Assembly (NCBI GenBank): GCA_050014575.1
Contig: JBEKDB010000013.1
Coordinates: 32-64,031, forward strand
Direction of reading: 5' to 3'
Length of the DNA: 64,000 bases
DNA from: Terracidiphilus sp.
GTDB lineage: Bacteria > Acidobacteriota > Terriglobia > Terriglobales > Acidobacteriaceae
Shown: positions 48,594-57,681 of the stretch, piece after piece
Layout: each line of letters begins with the position of its first letter
Numbering within the stretch: the first letter of the stretch is position 1
Program-made: the position numbers and the translations under genes
Notes under the pieces: model-generated
What the model saw: only the letters and a program-made list of their open reading frames with translations
Told to the model about the DNA's origin: nothing
The model's database searches: none

Positions 48594-48732
48594 CTGTGGA
48601 AAATCCGCCACAAGCAATAGGAAGGCATGGTCTCCGATTGCCGCAAGAAAAACTATAGGGGCTGGTTGGCCTTCATTCTCTGCGCTTGCTCGAAGAATGG
48701 AAAGCGGCGGGCGAGAAATCCACCGGGGCGCG

Positions 48733-48761
48733 TTGACCTAAAAGAATCATTTTTCTACATT
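48733..48761 (+). promoter_or_regulatory. Candidate sigma-70 promoter, 370 nt upstream of the Zn-finger gene
   Basis: TTGACC-17 nt-TACATT in an AT-rich tract. Confidence 0.55.
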
Positions 48762-49137
48762 GGTTTTACTTAATCTCGCAGTGGCTTGTGGGAATCTTTT
48801 GGAAATCGTTTCTTTGCCGCAAGGCTGAACGGGGCGCATTGCCGCCCTCCTTTAGCGGCCAATGAACAGTTGCCAAAGGAGTTTGGGCCAGTTCGATTCA
48901 GTCCGGTTTTTCCCATCTCCTCCCCAGGGCGCTCAGCAGAGGCGTCCGGGGCAGGTCAGTCGAGAAGATTCCAGGATCTGCGCGCTATGAGCATGACAAA
49001 AGACGAGAGAGCACGGGTGGCAATCCCTTATCGGGACAAAAGAAACCTGAGTTGCCGTGCCCGGTTCTCTTCACCCCGCGGAACAACAATCGACGAGCAA
49101 GTCCGTCGGGCGAAGACAGGAATACGGAGAAACAGTC

Positions 49138-49347
49138 ATGGAATTGCGCGTGCAATTGAAGGTTTGCGAGGGGTGCGGCTGTCTTTGGTACCGTGCCCAG
49201 ACCATCGGGGGTGTTTATTGCAAGGAATGTGAGGTAAAACTGAAGGACTTTCCCTCGCCGGAGAGCCGGAAGCGGCGCGGGCGGCCTTGCCGCAAGCCGC
49301 TCACCAAGGTTTGGGCGGTGGCTGAGGCGGCAGGAGGTGCGCAATGA
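49138..49347 (+). CDS. Small Cys-rich (Zn-finger) protein with AT-hook-like motif
   Basis: CEGCGC...CKEC followed by RKRRGRP; RBS GGAG; ATGA overlap with the next gene. Confidence 0.72.
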   Translation: MELRVQLKVCEGCGCLWYRAQTIGGVYCKECEVKLKDFPSPESRKRRGRPCRKPLTKVWAVAEAAGGAQ

Positions 49348-49859
49348 GCGCAGCTCTCCAGTTGCCAGTTTTTTGGGGAATAAGCAATTCACAGGGATCA
49401 CGGCAGGACGATCGGAGGATATGCCAAGAAGAACCGGCGGAGCGATGTGAAGCTAAGGCGGCGGTAAGAGCGGCCGCGGATGGGCCGGAGATCAGCCTGG
49501 CTTTCTACAGGAAGCACACGGAGAGCATGCTGAGGCGCTATCTGTATGCCTCAATGCAAGTGGGCAGGGCGCCCTCCATCCTGGGCGAACCGATCGCGCG
49601 GGGATGGGCCTCCAGCCGGCCGATCCGCACCTTCGAGGACGCGGTGATCTTCGTCCTGGACGTGGAAACATGCCTGAACCAGTTGGGTTCGCTGGACCGC
49701 CAGTTACTCTGCCGGATCGTGATTCAGGAGTACACGCAAGCAGAAGCGGCAACGTTGTTGGGAATGAGCGTGCGAACCATCTCCTATAAGTTCCCGCTGG
49801 CCTTGGACCGACTGACCCAGAAACTGCTGAAGACCGGGTTGCTGGTGTTGCCGCACTGA
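49344..49859 (+). CDS. Sigma-70 region-4-like HTH protein lacking region 2
   Basis: CLNQLGSLDRQLLCRIVIQEYTQAEAATLLGMSVRTI...ALDRL matches the sigma-4/RinA-ArpU HTH pattern. Confidence 0.72.
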   Translation: MSAALQLPVFWGISNSQGSRQDDRRICQEEPAERCEAKAAVRAAADGPEISLAFYRKHTESMLRRYLYASMQVGRAPSILGEPIARGWASSRPIRTFEDAVIFVLDVETCLNQLGSLDRQLLCRIVIQEYTQAEAATLLGMSVRTISYKFPLALDRLTQKLLKTGLLVLPH

Positions 49860-49881
49860 TTCTCCAGGAAGCCAGTCAATG

Positions 49882-49913
49882 AAGGGGGAGCGCGCAGCAG
49901 ACGCTCCCCCTTT
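49882..49913. terminator. Intrinsic terminator hairpin, probably bidirectional
   Basis: AAGGGGGAGCG-loop-CGCTCCCCCTT-T between convergent genes. Confidence 0.75.
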
Positions 49914-49943
49914 GGACTTGAGTAGATCCAGCCTCTCAGGCCG

Positions 49944-52817
49944 TCACATGGGCAATTGAATCGTCTCCCGCTCGCCCTTGTACAGAATCACCTTGTCCGG
50001 ATTGTTAATAGCTTCCACACCAGTGCCATGGCCTTTTCCCACGATTACAACATCGAATAACCGGGTCTTCAGCATGCCGGGAAACTCGCCCTTCCGGGCA
50101 TCGATTGTGAGCTGGCGTTTCGCGTCGTCCCAGTGAAAGGCTATCGTTGCATAGACGCCCTTTTCATAATCGTAGTTATCGTTCTCGTCCTCGTACAGAG
50201 TGAAGCTGCCGTCGGCTCCGGGATAGATGCGCAACTCGATGGGGTCGGTGGGCTTCTCCGTGGAGTATTGAACCAGCGGCCCCATCGGCACAATCGATCC
50301 TGCTTTGACCATGAGCGGAATCTTCTCGATGGGGGCATCCGCGACCACCGTCCTGCCACCGTCGAGCTTCCCTCCTGTCCAGAAATCTATCCACGAACTC
50401 CCGGCCGGGAGATAGACACTCCTTGTCTTCTCCCTCGGCTCGATAACTGCTTCCTTGGCGTGAATGGCCGGAGTCTTCCAGTAAAGCTGAGCCCTGAATG
50501 CGCCCAGCGAAGCATTGGTCGTCTCGAACTTGAAGTCGTATTCCTTTCCTGCCACAAGCTCGACCGGCACGGTGTAGGACTCCATCGATTCGTAGTTATG
50601 CGCCAGTTCCTTGCCGTCCAGATACACCCGCCTCTGCCCGAAGCTCTTCAAATTGAAGCGATAACTCCCGGTCTCGGAGGGAATCAGCTTGCCTTCCCAG
50701 CGGATCGAGAACTTGGGGTCGTGAATGAAACTCGCCCAGCCCGTGTACCAGTACAGGTCGATGTCCGGTTCCGTCTCCTCGTGGCACAAGTTCTTGAACT
50801 CGTCGTCGCAGAAGTATTGTGCGCGCAAGCCCGGCTTCCCGTCCGCAGTCTTGAAGTGCTCGGGAGTTACAAGCGTGCTGTTCTCCGGCGGGCGGTGATA
50901 CATGTACTCCGTTATGGGCGATACCATGATCGCCGGGCCGAACATATACTGATCGTCGATCGAATAGGTCCTGCGGTCGGCGGTGAAATCCATCGCCAGG
51001 CCGCGCATGATCGAGTACCCGCTGCTCGTAACCTGCCAGCCCAGCGAATAGATATAAGGCAGCAGGCGGTAGCGCAGATTGTCAAACTTCTCCAGCACGG
51101 GAACGTATTCGCCGAACTCATAGATCTCGCGCGGAGTCTCGGAACCGTGCGCCCGGAAGATGGGCGCAAATGTGCCAAACTCGAACATGCGCGTGTAAAA
51201 CTCTTGGTAAGCCGGATCCTTGCCGCCGTTCATGAAGACGCCGCCCTGGCATCCAAGCGAGTAACCCCCGATATCGAAGGTCCAATAGGGAATGCCCGAC
51301 ATGCTGTGGTTGACCCCTGCGGCTATCTGCCGCTTGTACACTTCCCAACTGGAGCCGATGTCTCCCGACCATGTGGTTGCCGCGGCCCTTTGCTGGCCGG
51401 CGAAGGTCGAGCGGGTGAGAATGTAGACGCGCTTCCGGTCCGTCTCCTTTCGCTGGTTCGCGTAAACGGCTTCGGTATCCATCAGCGAGTAAGTGTTGAG
51501 GTATCTGGCGAAAGTGCCGAGATGATTGTCCCGCTCTCTCTTCATCTCATATTCTTCTGACTCCTGCGTGAGCGCGTTCACGATGTCCGGCTCGGTCGAA
51601 TCCATCCACCAGGCGTCGACGCCCTTCGAGAAAAGTCCCTCGTTCGCGTACTTCCAATACAGATCGGTGGCGGCGGGGTTGTATACATCGAAATATCTGA
51701 ACCCGGCCCAGCCCACGGTCGGAAACAGATACCCGCGCTTGTCCATATCCTTGTAAATCTCCGAAGACGGCCCAAGCCCGGCCCAAATCGAAATCATGAG
51801 ATGAAAGTTCTCGGCATGCAGCTCGTCGATCATTTCCTTGGGCCGAAGATACTTCGTATCATCGAAGATCATCCCGCCCCAGTTATCGTTGTTGCCCCAG
51901 TAATCCCAATCCTGCACGATGTTATCGATCGGAATCCGCCGCTTGCGATACTCCTGCGCAATGCCCAGCAGTTCGTCGCGCGTGGCGTAATGTTCCTTGC
52001 TCTGCCAGTAGCCGTAGGCCCACTTGCCGTACATCGGCGCTTGGCCCGTGAGCTGCCTGTATCCCGCGATTTCCTGGTCGATCGTGGGTCCGTAGAAGAA
52101 GTAGTAATCGACGTTGTCGGCAACCTCGGACCAGAAAGACGTCTTGCCGCCACTGTCGTCGAAGATCGTCTTGGAATAGTTATCCCAGAAGATTCCATAT
52201 CCCGCAGTTGAAACCAGGACGGGCGTAACAGCCTTGGTGTTGGCTTGCACGATCTTCACCGTGTGCCCGCGATAGTTCATCACTCCGAGTTGCTGTTGCC
52301 CCAGGCCGTAGACGCCTTCATCCGCGCTCAGCGTAAAGTTCTGCTGAATGCTGAAGGCCTTCTCCTCTCGCTCGATATGCGTAGGCGCAAAGGCGGCCCG
52401 CCCCTGCTCCTTCAAAAGCGCGCGGCCATCGCTATCGAGATACTGGATTGAGCCATCGCTCTTGCTCAACAGAAGATTGACCTGCCCGGAGCTGAGAATA
52501 ACTCCCGCTTCGTTCTCGGCGAAATGCACGTCCAGCTTGGGCAATTCCTTCTGGATAACGGAGAGGCTCACTTTGTTGGACGTGCCGCCGGCCGGCCATT
52601 TCACCACGCGGACGATGCCCTCCGAATAAAACTGCACCTTCACATTCAGATCGCCGGCCGTCAGTTGAACGCCGTTCTGAATGCGCTCAATCTTCGCCGG
52701 CGCTGCCTGTGCATCCTTCGATGCCGGGGAGTTATCCTGGGAAACGGCCGGCAAAGCGCTCGGGCAAAGCACCAGACTCAGTGCCCCGAGCCGCAAAGCA
52801 GAAGTGAAATGGGCCAT
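49944..52817 (-). CDS. Exported glycoside hydrolase family 31 (alpha-xylosidase-like) with PA14-like insert and C-terminal DUF5110-like domain
   Basis: Signal peptide from MAHFTSALRLG; GYWQSKEHY, IDNIVQDWDYW, WWMDSTEP nucleophile motif, WSGDI, WTFDIGG; FSIRWEGKL PA14-like segment. Confidence 0.9.
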   Translation of the reverse strand: MAHFTSALRLGALSLVLCPSALPAVSQDNSPASKDAQAAPAKIERIQNGVQLTAGDLNVKVQFYSEGIVRVVKWPAGGTSNKVSLSVIQKELPKLDVHFAENEAGVILSSGQVNLLLSKSDGSIQYLDSDGRALLKEQGRAAFAPTHIEREEKAFSIQQNFTLSADEGVYGLGQQQLGVMNYRGHTVKIVQANTKAVTPVLVSTAGYGIFWDNYSKTIFDDSGGKTSFWSEVADNVDYYFFYGPTIDQEIAGYRQLTGQAPMYGKWAYGYWQSKEHYATRDELLGIAQEYRKRRIPIDNIVQDWDYWGNNDNWGGMIFDDTKYLRPKEMIDELHAENFHLMISIWAGLGPSSEIYKDMDKRGYLFPTVGWAGFRYFDVYNPAATDLYWKYANEGLFSKGVDAWWMDSTEPDIVNALTQESEEYEMKRERDNHLGTFARYLNTYSLMDTEAVYANQRKETDRKRVYILTRSTFAGQQRAAATTWSGDIGSSWEVYKRQIAAGVNHSMSGIPYWTFDIGGYSLGCQGGVFMNGGKDPAYQEFYTRMFEFGTFAPIFRAHGSETPREIYEFGEYVPVLEKFDNLRYRLLPYIYSLGWQVTSSGYSIMRGLAMDFTADRRTYSIDDQYMFGPAIMVSPITEYMYHRPPENSTLVTPEHFKTADGKPGLRAQYFCDDEFKNLCHEETEPDIDLYWYTGWASFIHDPKFSIRWEGKLIPSETGSYRFNLKSFGQRRVYLDGKELAHNYESMESYTVPVELVAGKEYDFKFETTNASLGAFRAQLYWKTPAIHAKEAVIEPREKTRSVYLPAGSSWIDFWTGGKLDGGRTVVADAPIEKIPLMVKAGSIVPMGPLVQYSTEKPTDPIELRIYPGADGSFTLYEDENDNYDYEKGVYATIAFHWDDAKRQLTIDARKGEFPGMLKTRLFDVVIVGKGHGTGVEAINNPDKVILYKGERETIQLPM

Positions 52818-53321
52818 TCTTCGTCTTCCTTTCTCGTTCCTCCCGACATCGATATGCCTCACGCAAATCGCTGGTTGGGGGCGACACAACATTATGTCAC
52901 ATGGCCCGGCTCCTCTGGGATAGGGGTGCGGCCACAGCGGAGCAACCCCATGAACGCCGGCTGAGCGGAGCATTTGCGCGGTAGAGGGCAAAGGGACCGC
53001 AGGGCAGGATTCGCCGTGGCGATCGGCACACCGGCCAGACCTGCACGGCACCCGCAATGCGCTTCGCGGCCATCCCGCCTTATGCCTTTCATGTATACTT
53101 GCACGCGGGAAGCGGCTGCGCGGCGCAGCATCACTATCGCCCTGAGGCAACTTGTTCGGCTTCCCAGAACACGATCCTGGCAGGTCGCCCGATACGACAA
53201 GCCGGGCACGAACGGCCTTGGCGGGCCATGCTTGAAGCCGGGTTCATAGCTTCCGTCTGATCCTCGACCGGCGCAGTTTGTGCATGTTTACCAGAACCCC
53301 TGAAGAAGAGAGATACGATTC

Positions 53322-54746
53322 ATGGAACCGAAAACTCAAAAACTGACGTTTGCCGAGAAGACGGGTTATGCGTTCGGCGATGCGGCTTCCAATCTGTTTT
53401 GGATGACCTTCATTTATTTTCAAAGCAAGTTTTATACCGACGTTTTCTTCTATACTCCCGATGCCGCGCTGGAACGCACGCTGCTGGAAAAACTCGCAGC
53501 GCTGCTTTTGCTGACGCGTGTATTCGACATGGGGTTTGACCTATTCATGGGTGTGATGGGAGACAGAACCCGGACGCGATGGGGAAAATTCCGTCCCTAC
53601 CTGCTTTGGTTTGCTGTTCCCTTCGGCATCATCAGCGTGCTGACCTTTACTACGCCAGGGTTCAGCCCGAACGGAAAGCTGATCTACGCCTACATCACGC
53701 TGTGCCTGATGATGATGGTCTACTCCGCGATTAATATCCCATATTCCGCATTAATGGGCGTGATCTCTCCCGATTCGCAGGAGCGCACCAGTGTGTCGTC
53801 GTATCGCTTTGCGTTTGCGTTTGCGGCAGGCCTGGTCGTTCAGTATTCGACGCTCTATCTAGTGGATTACTTCGGAAGAATCAAGCCGGAGATGGGCGGG
53901 GTGCTTTTGGCCGCGGCCAAAGCCCATGGCTATCAACTCACGATGGGCATCTATGCCGTTGCGGCAACCGCGCTGTTTTTCCTGACCTTCGCGCTCACGC
54001 GAGAACGGGTGCAGCCAGCTCCACAGAAGACCTCGCTAGGACGGGACTTGGTCGATTTGGCGACCAATGTACCGTGGCTTATTCTTTTCTTTACTGGGAC
54101 GCTGACGGTCTGCGCGGTCGCCATCCGCAGCGGCGCCATCCTCTATTACTTCCAATACTACGTGGGCAATGAAAAGCTGGCCGCCTCCTTCATGGTGGCC
54201 GGCACGCTGTTGTCGCTCCTGGGAACCATCGCAATTCAACACATCACGCGATTTGCCGGAAGGAAAGCCACCTACATCGGCTTGGCGGCACTGGGTTCAG
54301 TCTTCCTGGTTGTATCCTACTGGGTCAGGCCGGAGCAGATAGCGCTGATGTTCATATTCCAGGTGCTATATAGCGCGGTTACCGGGCCGACCTCCGCAGT
54401 GCTCTGGGCCATGTTCGCAGACTCCGCCGATTATTCCGAGTGGCGCACCGGCCGGCGGGCCACCGGGCTGGTCTTCTCGGCGGCGGGTATGTCGAACAAA
54501 CTTGGCTGGGCTATCGGCGGACCGGTGACCGTCTGGTTACTCGCGATGTTTGGATACCAGGCCAGTGTCGCGCAGACGCCTCATGCCTTGCATGGCATCC
54601 TGCTTCTCTTTACCGTCATTCCCGCAGCCGGATTCTTGCTGACCGGATTGGGCATGATTCTCTATCCCCTCAACGAAGCCAGAATGAAGAAACTGCAGAG
54701 CGAGTTACAAGCGAGACAAACGGGGAACCAAGCGGCTCTTGCATGA
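53322..54746 (+). CDS. Glycoside-pentoside-hexuronide (GPH/MFS) sugar:cation symporter
   Basis: EKTGYAFGDAASN, DRTRTRWGKFRPYLLW, NIPYSALMG, ADSADYSEWRTGRRATG. Confidence 0.92.
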   Translation: MEPKTQKLTFAEKTGYAFGDAASNLFWMTFIYFQSKFYTDVFFYTPDAALERTLLEKLAALLLLTRVFDMGFDLFMGVMGDRTRTRWGKFRPYLLWFAVPFGIISVLTFTTPGFSPNGKLIYAYITLCLMMMVYSAINIPYSALMGVISPDSQERTSVSSYRFAFAFAAGLVVQYSTLYLVDYFGRIKPEMGGVLLAAAKAHGYQLTMGIYAVAATALFFLTFALTRERVQPAPQKTSLGRDLVDLATNVPWLILFFTGTLTVCAVAIRSGAILYYFQYYVGNEKLAASFMVAGTLLSLLGTIAIQHITRFAGRKATYIGLAALGSVFLVVSYWVRPEQIALMFIFQVLYSAVTGPTSAVLWAMFADSADYSEWRTGRRATGLVFSAAGMSNKLGWAIGGPVTVWLLAMFGYQASVAQTPHALHGILLLFTVIPAAGFLLTGLGMILYPLNEARMKKLQSELQARQTGNQAALA

Positions 54747-54856
54747 GTTTCACCGGCACGGAAGACGGCATCGATCTGAAGAACGCGGTCCGCGGATAAC
54801 CCGCTCCGCACTCTCGCCTTGCACAAGTTATAAGGTCATGGGAGGAAGATCATCCA

Positions 54857-57250
54857 GTGCAATTCGGACATTTTGACGACGCGAACAAGGAATATGTGAT
54901 CGATCGGCCCGATACTCCCCGGTCGTGGAGCAACTATCTCGGCTCGACGGAATATGGCGCCATCATCACCAACAATGCAGGTGGATACAGCTTCTACAAG
55001 TCAGCGGCCATAGGGCGTTTTACGCGGCTGCGCTTCAACTCGCTGCCCATGGACCAGCCGGGCCGCTATATTTATCTGCACGACCACGATAGCAGGGACT
55101 ACTGGTCCGCTTCGTGGCAGCCTGTGGGCAAGCCGCTCAACCGGTATAAGTCCGAGTGCCGCCATGGCAGCGCCTACACGGTCATTGCGTCGGAGTATGA
55201 CGGCATAGCAACCGAGACCACTTATTTTGTTCCATTAGGAAAGACCTTCGAGTGCTGGCATGTGAAGCTCTCCAACCTGAGCGGGAAGCCTCGCCGGCTG
55301 AGCGCATTCACTTATGTGGAGTTCGCGGGAAACTGGGATGCCTGGAACGATCTCATCAATCTGCAATACACACAGCACACGGTGAAGATGGAGGTCGAAG
55401 GCTATATCATCGACCACGGGACCAATGTCAACGTCCCATCCGTGCCGGACGACTTTGCCGAAAAGGACCAGGGCCGCCATACTTTTCTGGCATTGGCGGG
55501 CGCCGAGGTGGTTGCCTACGACACCGATCGCGAGGTTTTCATCGGGAGTTATCGCGGTTATGGCAATCCCAAGGTCGTCGAGCAGGGACGATGCACAAAC
55601 TCTCTTGCCGTGGGCGACAACGGCTGCGGAACGCTGCAGGCCAGGATAACTCTTGCGCCCGGAGAGACGAAGGAGTTTCTCGTGCTGATGGGCATTGGCC
55701 GGGGGCGCGATGCGGGCAAGACCGCGGTGGCGGAATTCGCCAGCATGGCGACGGTCCGCGAGGAGCTTGCCAAGGTCAAGAGCTATTGGCATGAGCGCAT
55801 CGCTGGGCTCGCGGTGGAAACTCCGGACGCGGAGTTGAACAGCACTCTGAATATGTGGGGCCCGTTCAACGGTTTGATTACTTATGCCTGGTCGCGCGCG
55901 GCGAGCTTGATCTACGCCGGTGAGCGCGATGGGTTGGGATATCGGGACACCGTCCAGGACATGTTAGGTGTCATGCACGCCATTCCCGAAGAGGCCGGCC
56001 AGCGGCTGGAGTTGATGATCACCGGACAGGTCTCGACCGGTGGGGCTATGCCCGTGGTGCGACAATTCGATCATCACCCAGGGAGTGAAAATGCTCCGGA
56101 GGAAGAAGACTACCGCTCCGACGACTGCCTGTGGCTTTTTAATGCTATCCCGGCCTACGTGAAGGAGACCGGCGACCAGCATTTCTATAACAAGGTATTG
56201 CCCTATGCCGATAAGGGCGAAGCTACTGTGATGGGCCACATGAAGCGGGCTATCCAGTTCAATCTGGAGCGTTCCGGCGCCCATGGCCTGCCCTGTGGCT
56301 TGTCCGCCGATTGGAACGATTGCATCCGTTTGGGGCAGCGGGGAGAATCGATCTTCGTGGCCTTTCAATTGCGCTACGCCCTGCGAGTCTATCTTGAGAT
56401 ATCCGGGCTCCTGGCCGAGAAAGAGGAAGAAGAGTGGGCAAGGGAGCAACTGGCTAAGTTGGACGCTCGCCTGGAACAGGATGCGTGGAACGGAGAATGG
56501 TACCTCCGCGCCTACCGTGCCGACGGTTCCAAGTATGGCGCGAGAGAGTGTGGCGAGGGAAGCATCTTCCTGAATCCGCAGTCCTGGGCGTCGATCAGCG
56601 GACATGCCGACTCCGAAAGGGCAGCGCGGGCGATGCAGTCGGTGCGCGAGCGCCTGGCCACGGAGTTCGGACTTATGATTTGCGACCCTCCCTACAGGCA
56701 GACGGACTTCCGCGTGATGAGGGCCGTGCTGTTCAATGAGGGATTGAAGGAGAACGGCAGTATCTTTACGCATACCCAGGCCTGGGCAGTTATGGCGGAG
56801 ACGCTGCTCGGCCACGGCGATCTGGCTTACCAATACTTCAGGGCCTATCTGCCGGCCGCCTATAACACGCGCGCGGAACTGCGGCAGATCGAGCCTTACG
56901 TTTACTGCCAGTTCACCCATAGCAACTACAGTCCGCGATTCGGCGCCTCGCGAGTTCCCTGGCTCAGCGGTTCCGCCGCATGGTCTTACTACGCGGCCAC
57001 CCAGTACATCCTCGGAGTTCAGCCGGAGTATGGCGGCCTTAGAATCGATCCCTGCATTCCTTCCGCGTGGAAGGAATTCAAGGTAACTCGCGTCTTTCGC
57101 GGAAGGAAACTGGCTATAACAGTCAGGAATCCAGCCGGAGCGCAAAAGGGCGTGAAGAAGCTGGTTCTCAACGGGGCGCTGTTGGAAGGGAACTTTATTC
57201 CAGCCGAGACGCTGCTGGCGGAAAACCAGGTGGAAGTCGAGATGGGGTAA
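54857..57250 (+). CDS. Glycoside hydrolase family 94 phosphorylase (cellobiose/cellodextrin/chitobiose type; specificity unresolved)
   Basis: FGHFDDANKEYVI..PDTP..WSNYLG, GYRDTVQD, ADWNDC catalytic Asp, ENGSIFTHT, WLSGSAAW. Confidence 0.92.
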   Translation: MQFGHFDDANKEYVIDRPDTPRSWSNYLGSTEYGAIITNNAGGYSFYKSAAIGRFTRLRFNSLPMDQPGRYIYLHDHDSRDYWSASWQPVGKPLNRYKSECRHGSAYTVIASEYDGIATETTYFVPLGKTFECWHVKLSNLSGKPRRLSAFTYVEFAGNWDAWNDLINLQYTQHTVKMEVEGYIIDHGTNVNVPSVPDDFAEKDQGRHTFLALAGAEVVAYDTDREVFIGSYRGYGNPKVVEQGRCTNSLAVGDNGCGTLQARITLAPGETKEFLVLMGIGRGRDAGKTAVAEFASMATVREELAKVKSYWHERIAGLAVETPDAELNSTLNMWGPFNGLITYAWSRAASLIYAGERDGLGYRDTVQDMLGVMHAIPEEAGQRLELMITGQVSTGGAMPVVRQFDHHPGSENAPEEEDYRSDDCLWLFNAIPAYVKETGDQHFYNKVLPYADKGEATVMGHMKRAIQFNLERSGAHGLPCGLSADWNDCIRLGQRGESIFVAFQLRYALRVYLEISGLLAEKEEEEWAREQLAKLDARLEQDAWNGEWYLRAYRADGSKYGARECGEGSIFLNPQSWASISGHADSERAARAMQSVRERLATEFGLMICDPPYRQTDFRVMRAVLFNEGLKENGSIFTHTQAWAVMAETLLGHGDLAYQYFRAYLPAAYNTRAELRQIEPYVYCQFTHSNYSPRFGASRVPWLSGSAAWSYYAATQYILGVQPEYGGLRIDPCIPSAWKEFKVTRVFRGRKLAITVRNPAGAQKGVKKLVLNGALLEGNFIPAETLLAENQVEVEMG

Positions 57251-57588
57251 GGCGGGCGCCGGTCTCGACTGTTCATCTTCCGTTTCGAGCCCGCGCCGGC
57301 AACGCTGGCCGGTCGGCAACCGGCGGCCGCCGCCCCGCGATCTCCGGTCTTTCTTTGCCCGCCCGTGCGGCCTGTCACAGGACGTTCACACGCCGCCTGT
57401 GATAGCATCCGCTTTTCAGCGATAGACGCCGGGCAGATTCATCCTACCTTCCCCTGCGCGGCGCCGGCCTGGACCTTAATGGATGAGGCAGACGGCAGAC
57501 CCGGACACGTGGCCCGACAATCCGGCCACCTGGACGCCCTCCCGGACGTTCCCGCGTTCTCCCTGCGCCTCCCTCATTCCAACTCTAT

Positions 57589-57620
57589 GGGTGCCCCAGG
57601 TCTCGCCTTTGAGACCTGGG
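57589..57620. repeat. REP-like element GGGTGCCCCAGGTCTCGCCTTTGAGACCTGGG
   Basis: Hairpin CCCAGGTCTC/GAGACCTGGG preceded by GGGTGCCCC, which is also seen inverted near 5020 and 38715. Confidence 0.6.
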
Positions 57621-57681
57621 AGACCGCTGCCTTTTCGCGCTCAGGCGCCCGTCTAAAGCTTGCAATTTCAAGGAGAAACCG

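Noticed and set aside
47889-49859. Intact prophage
   Set aside because: No integrase, replication, packaging or structural genes, and no att repeats nearby.
49944-53150. 1068-aa version of the GH31 ORF
   Set aside because: The first ~110 residues are not protein-like; ATG 52817 has an RBS and yields a proper signal peptide.
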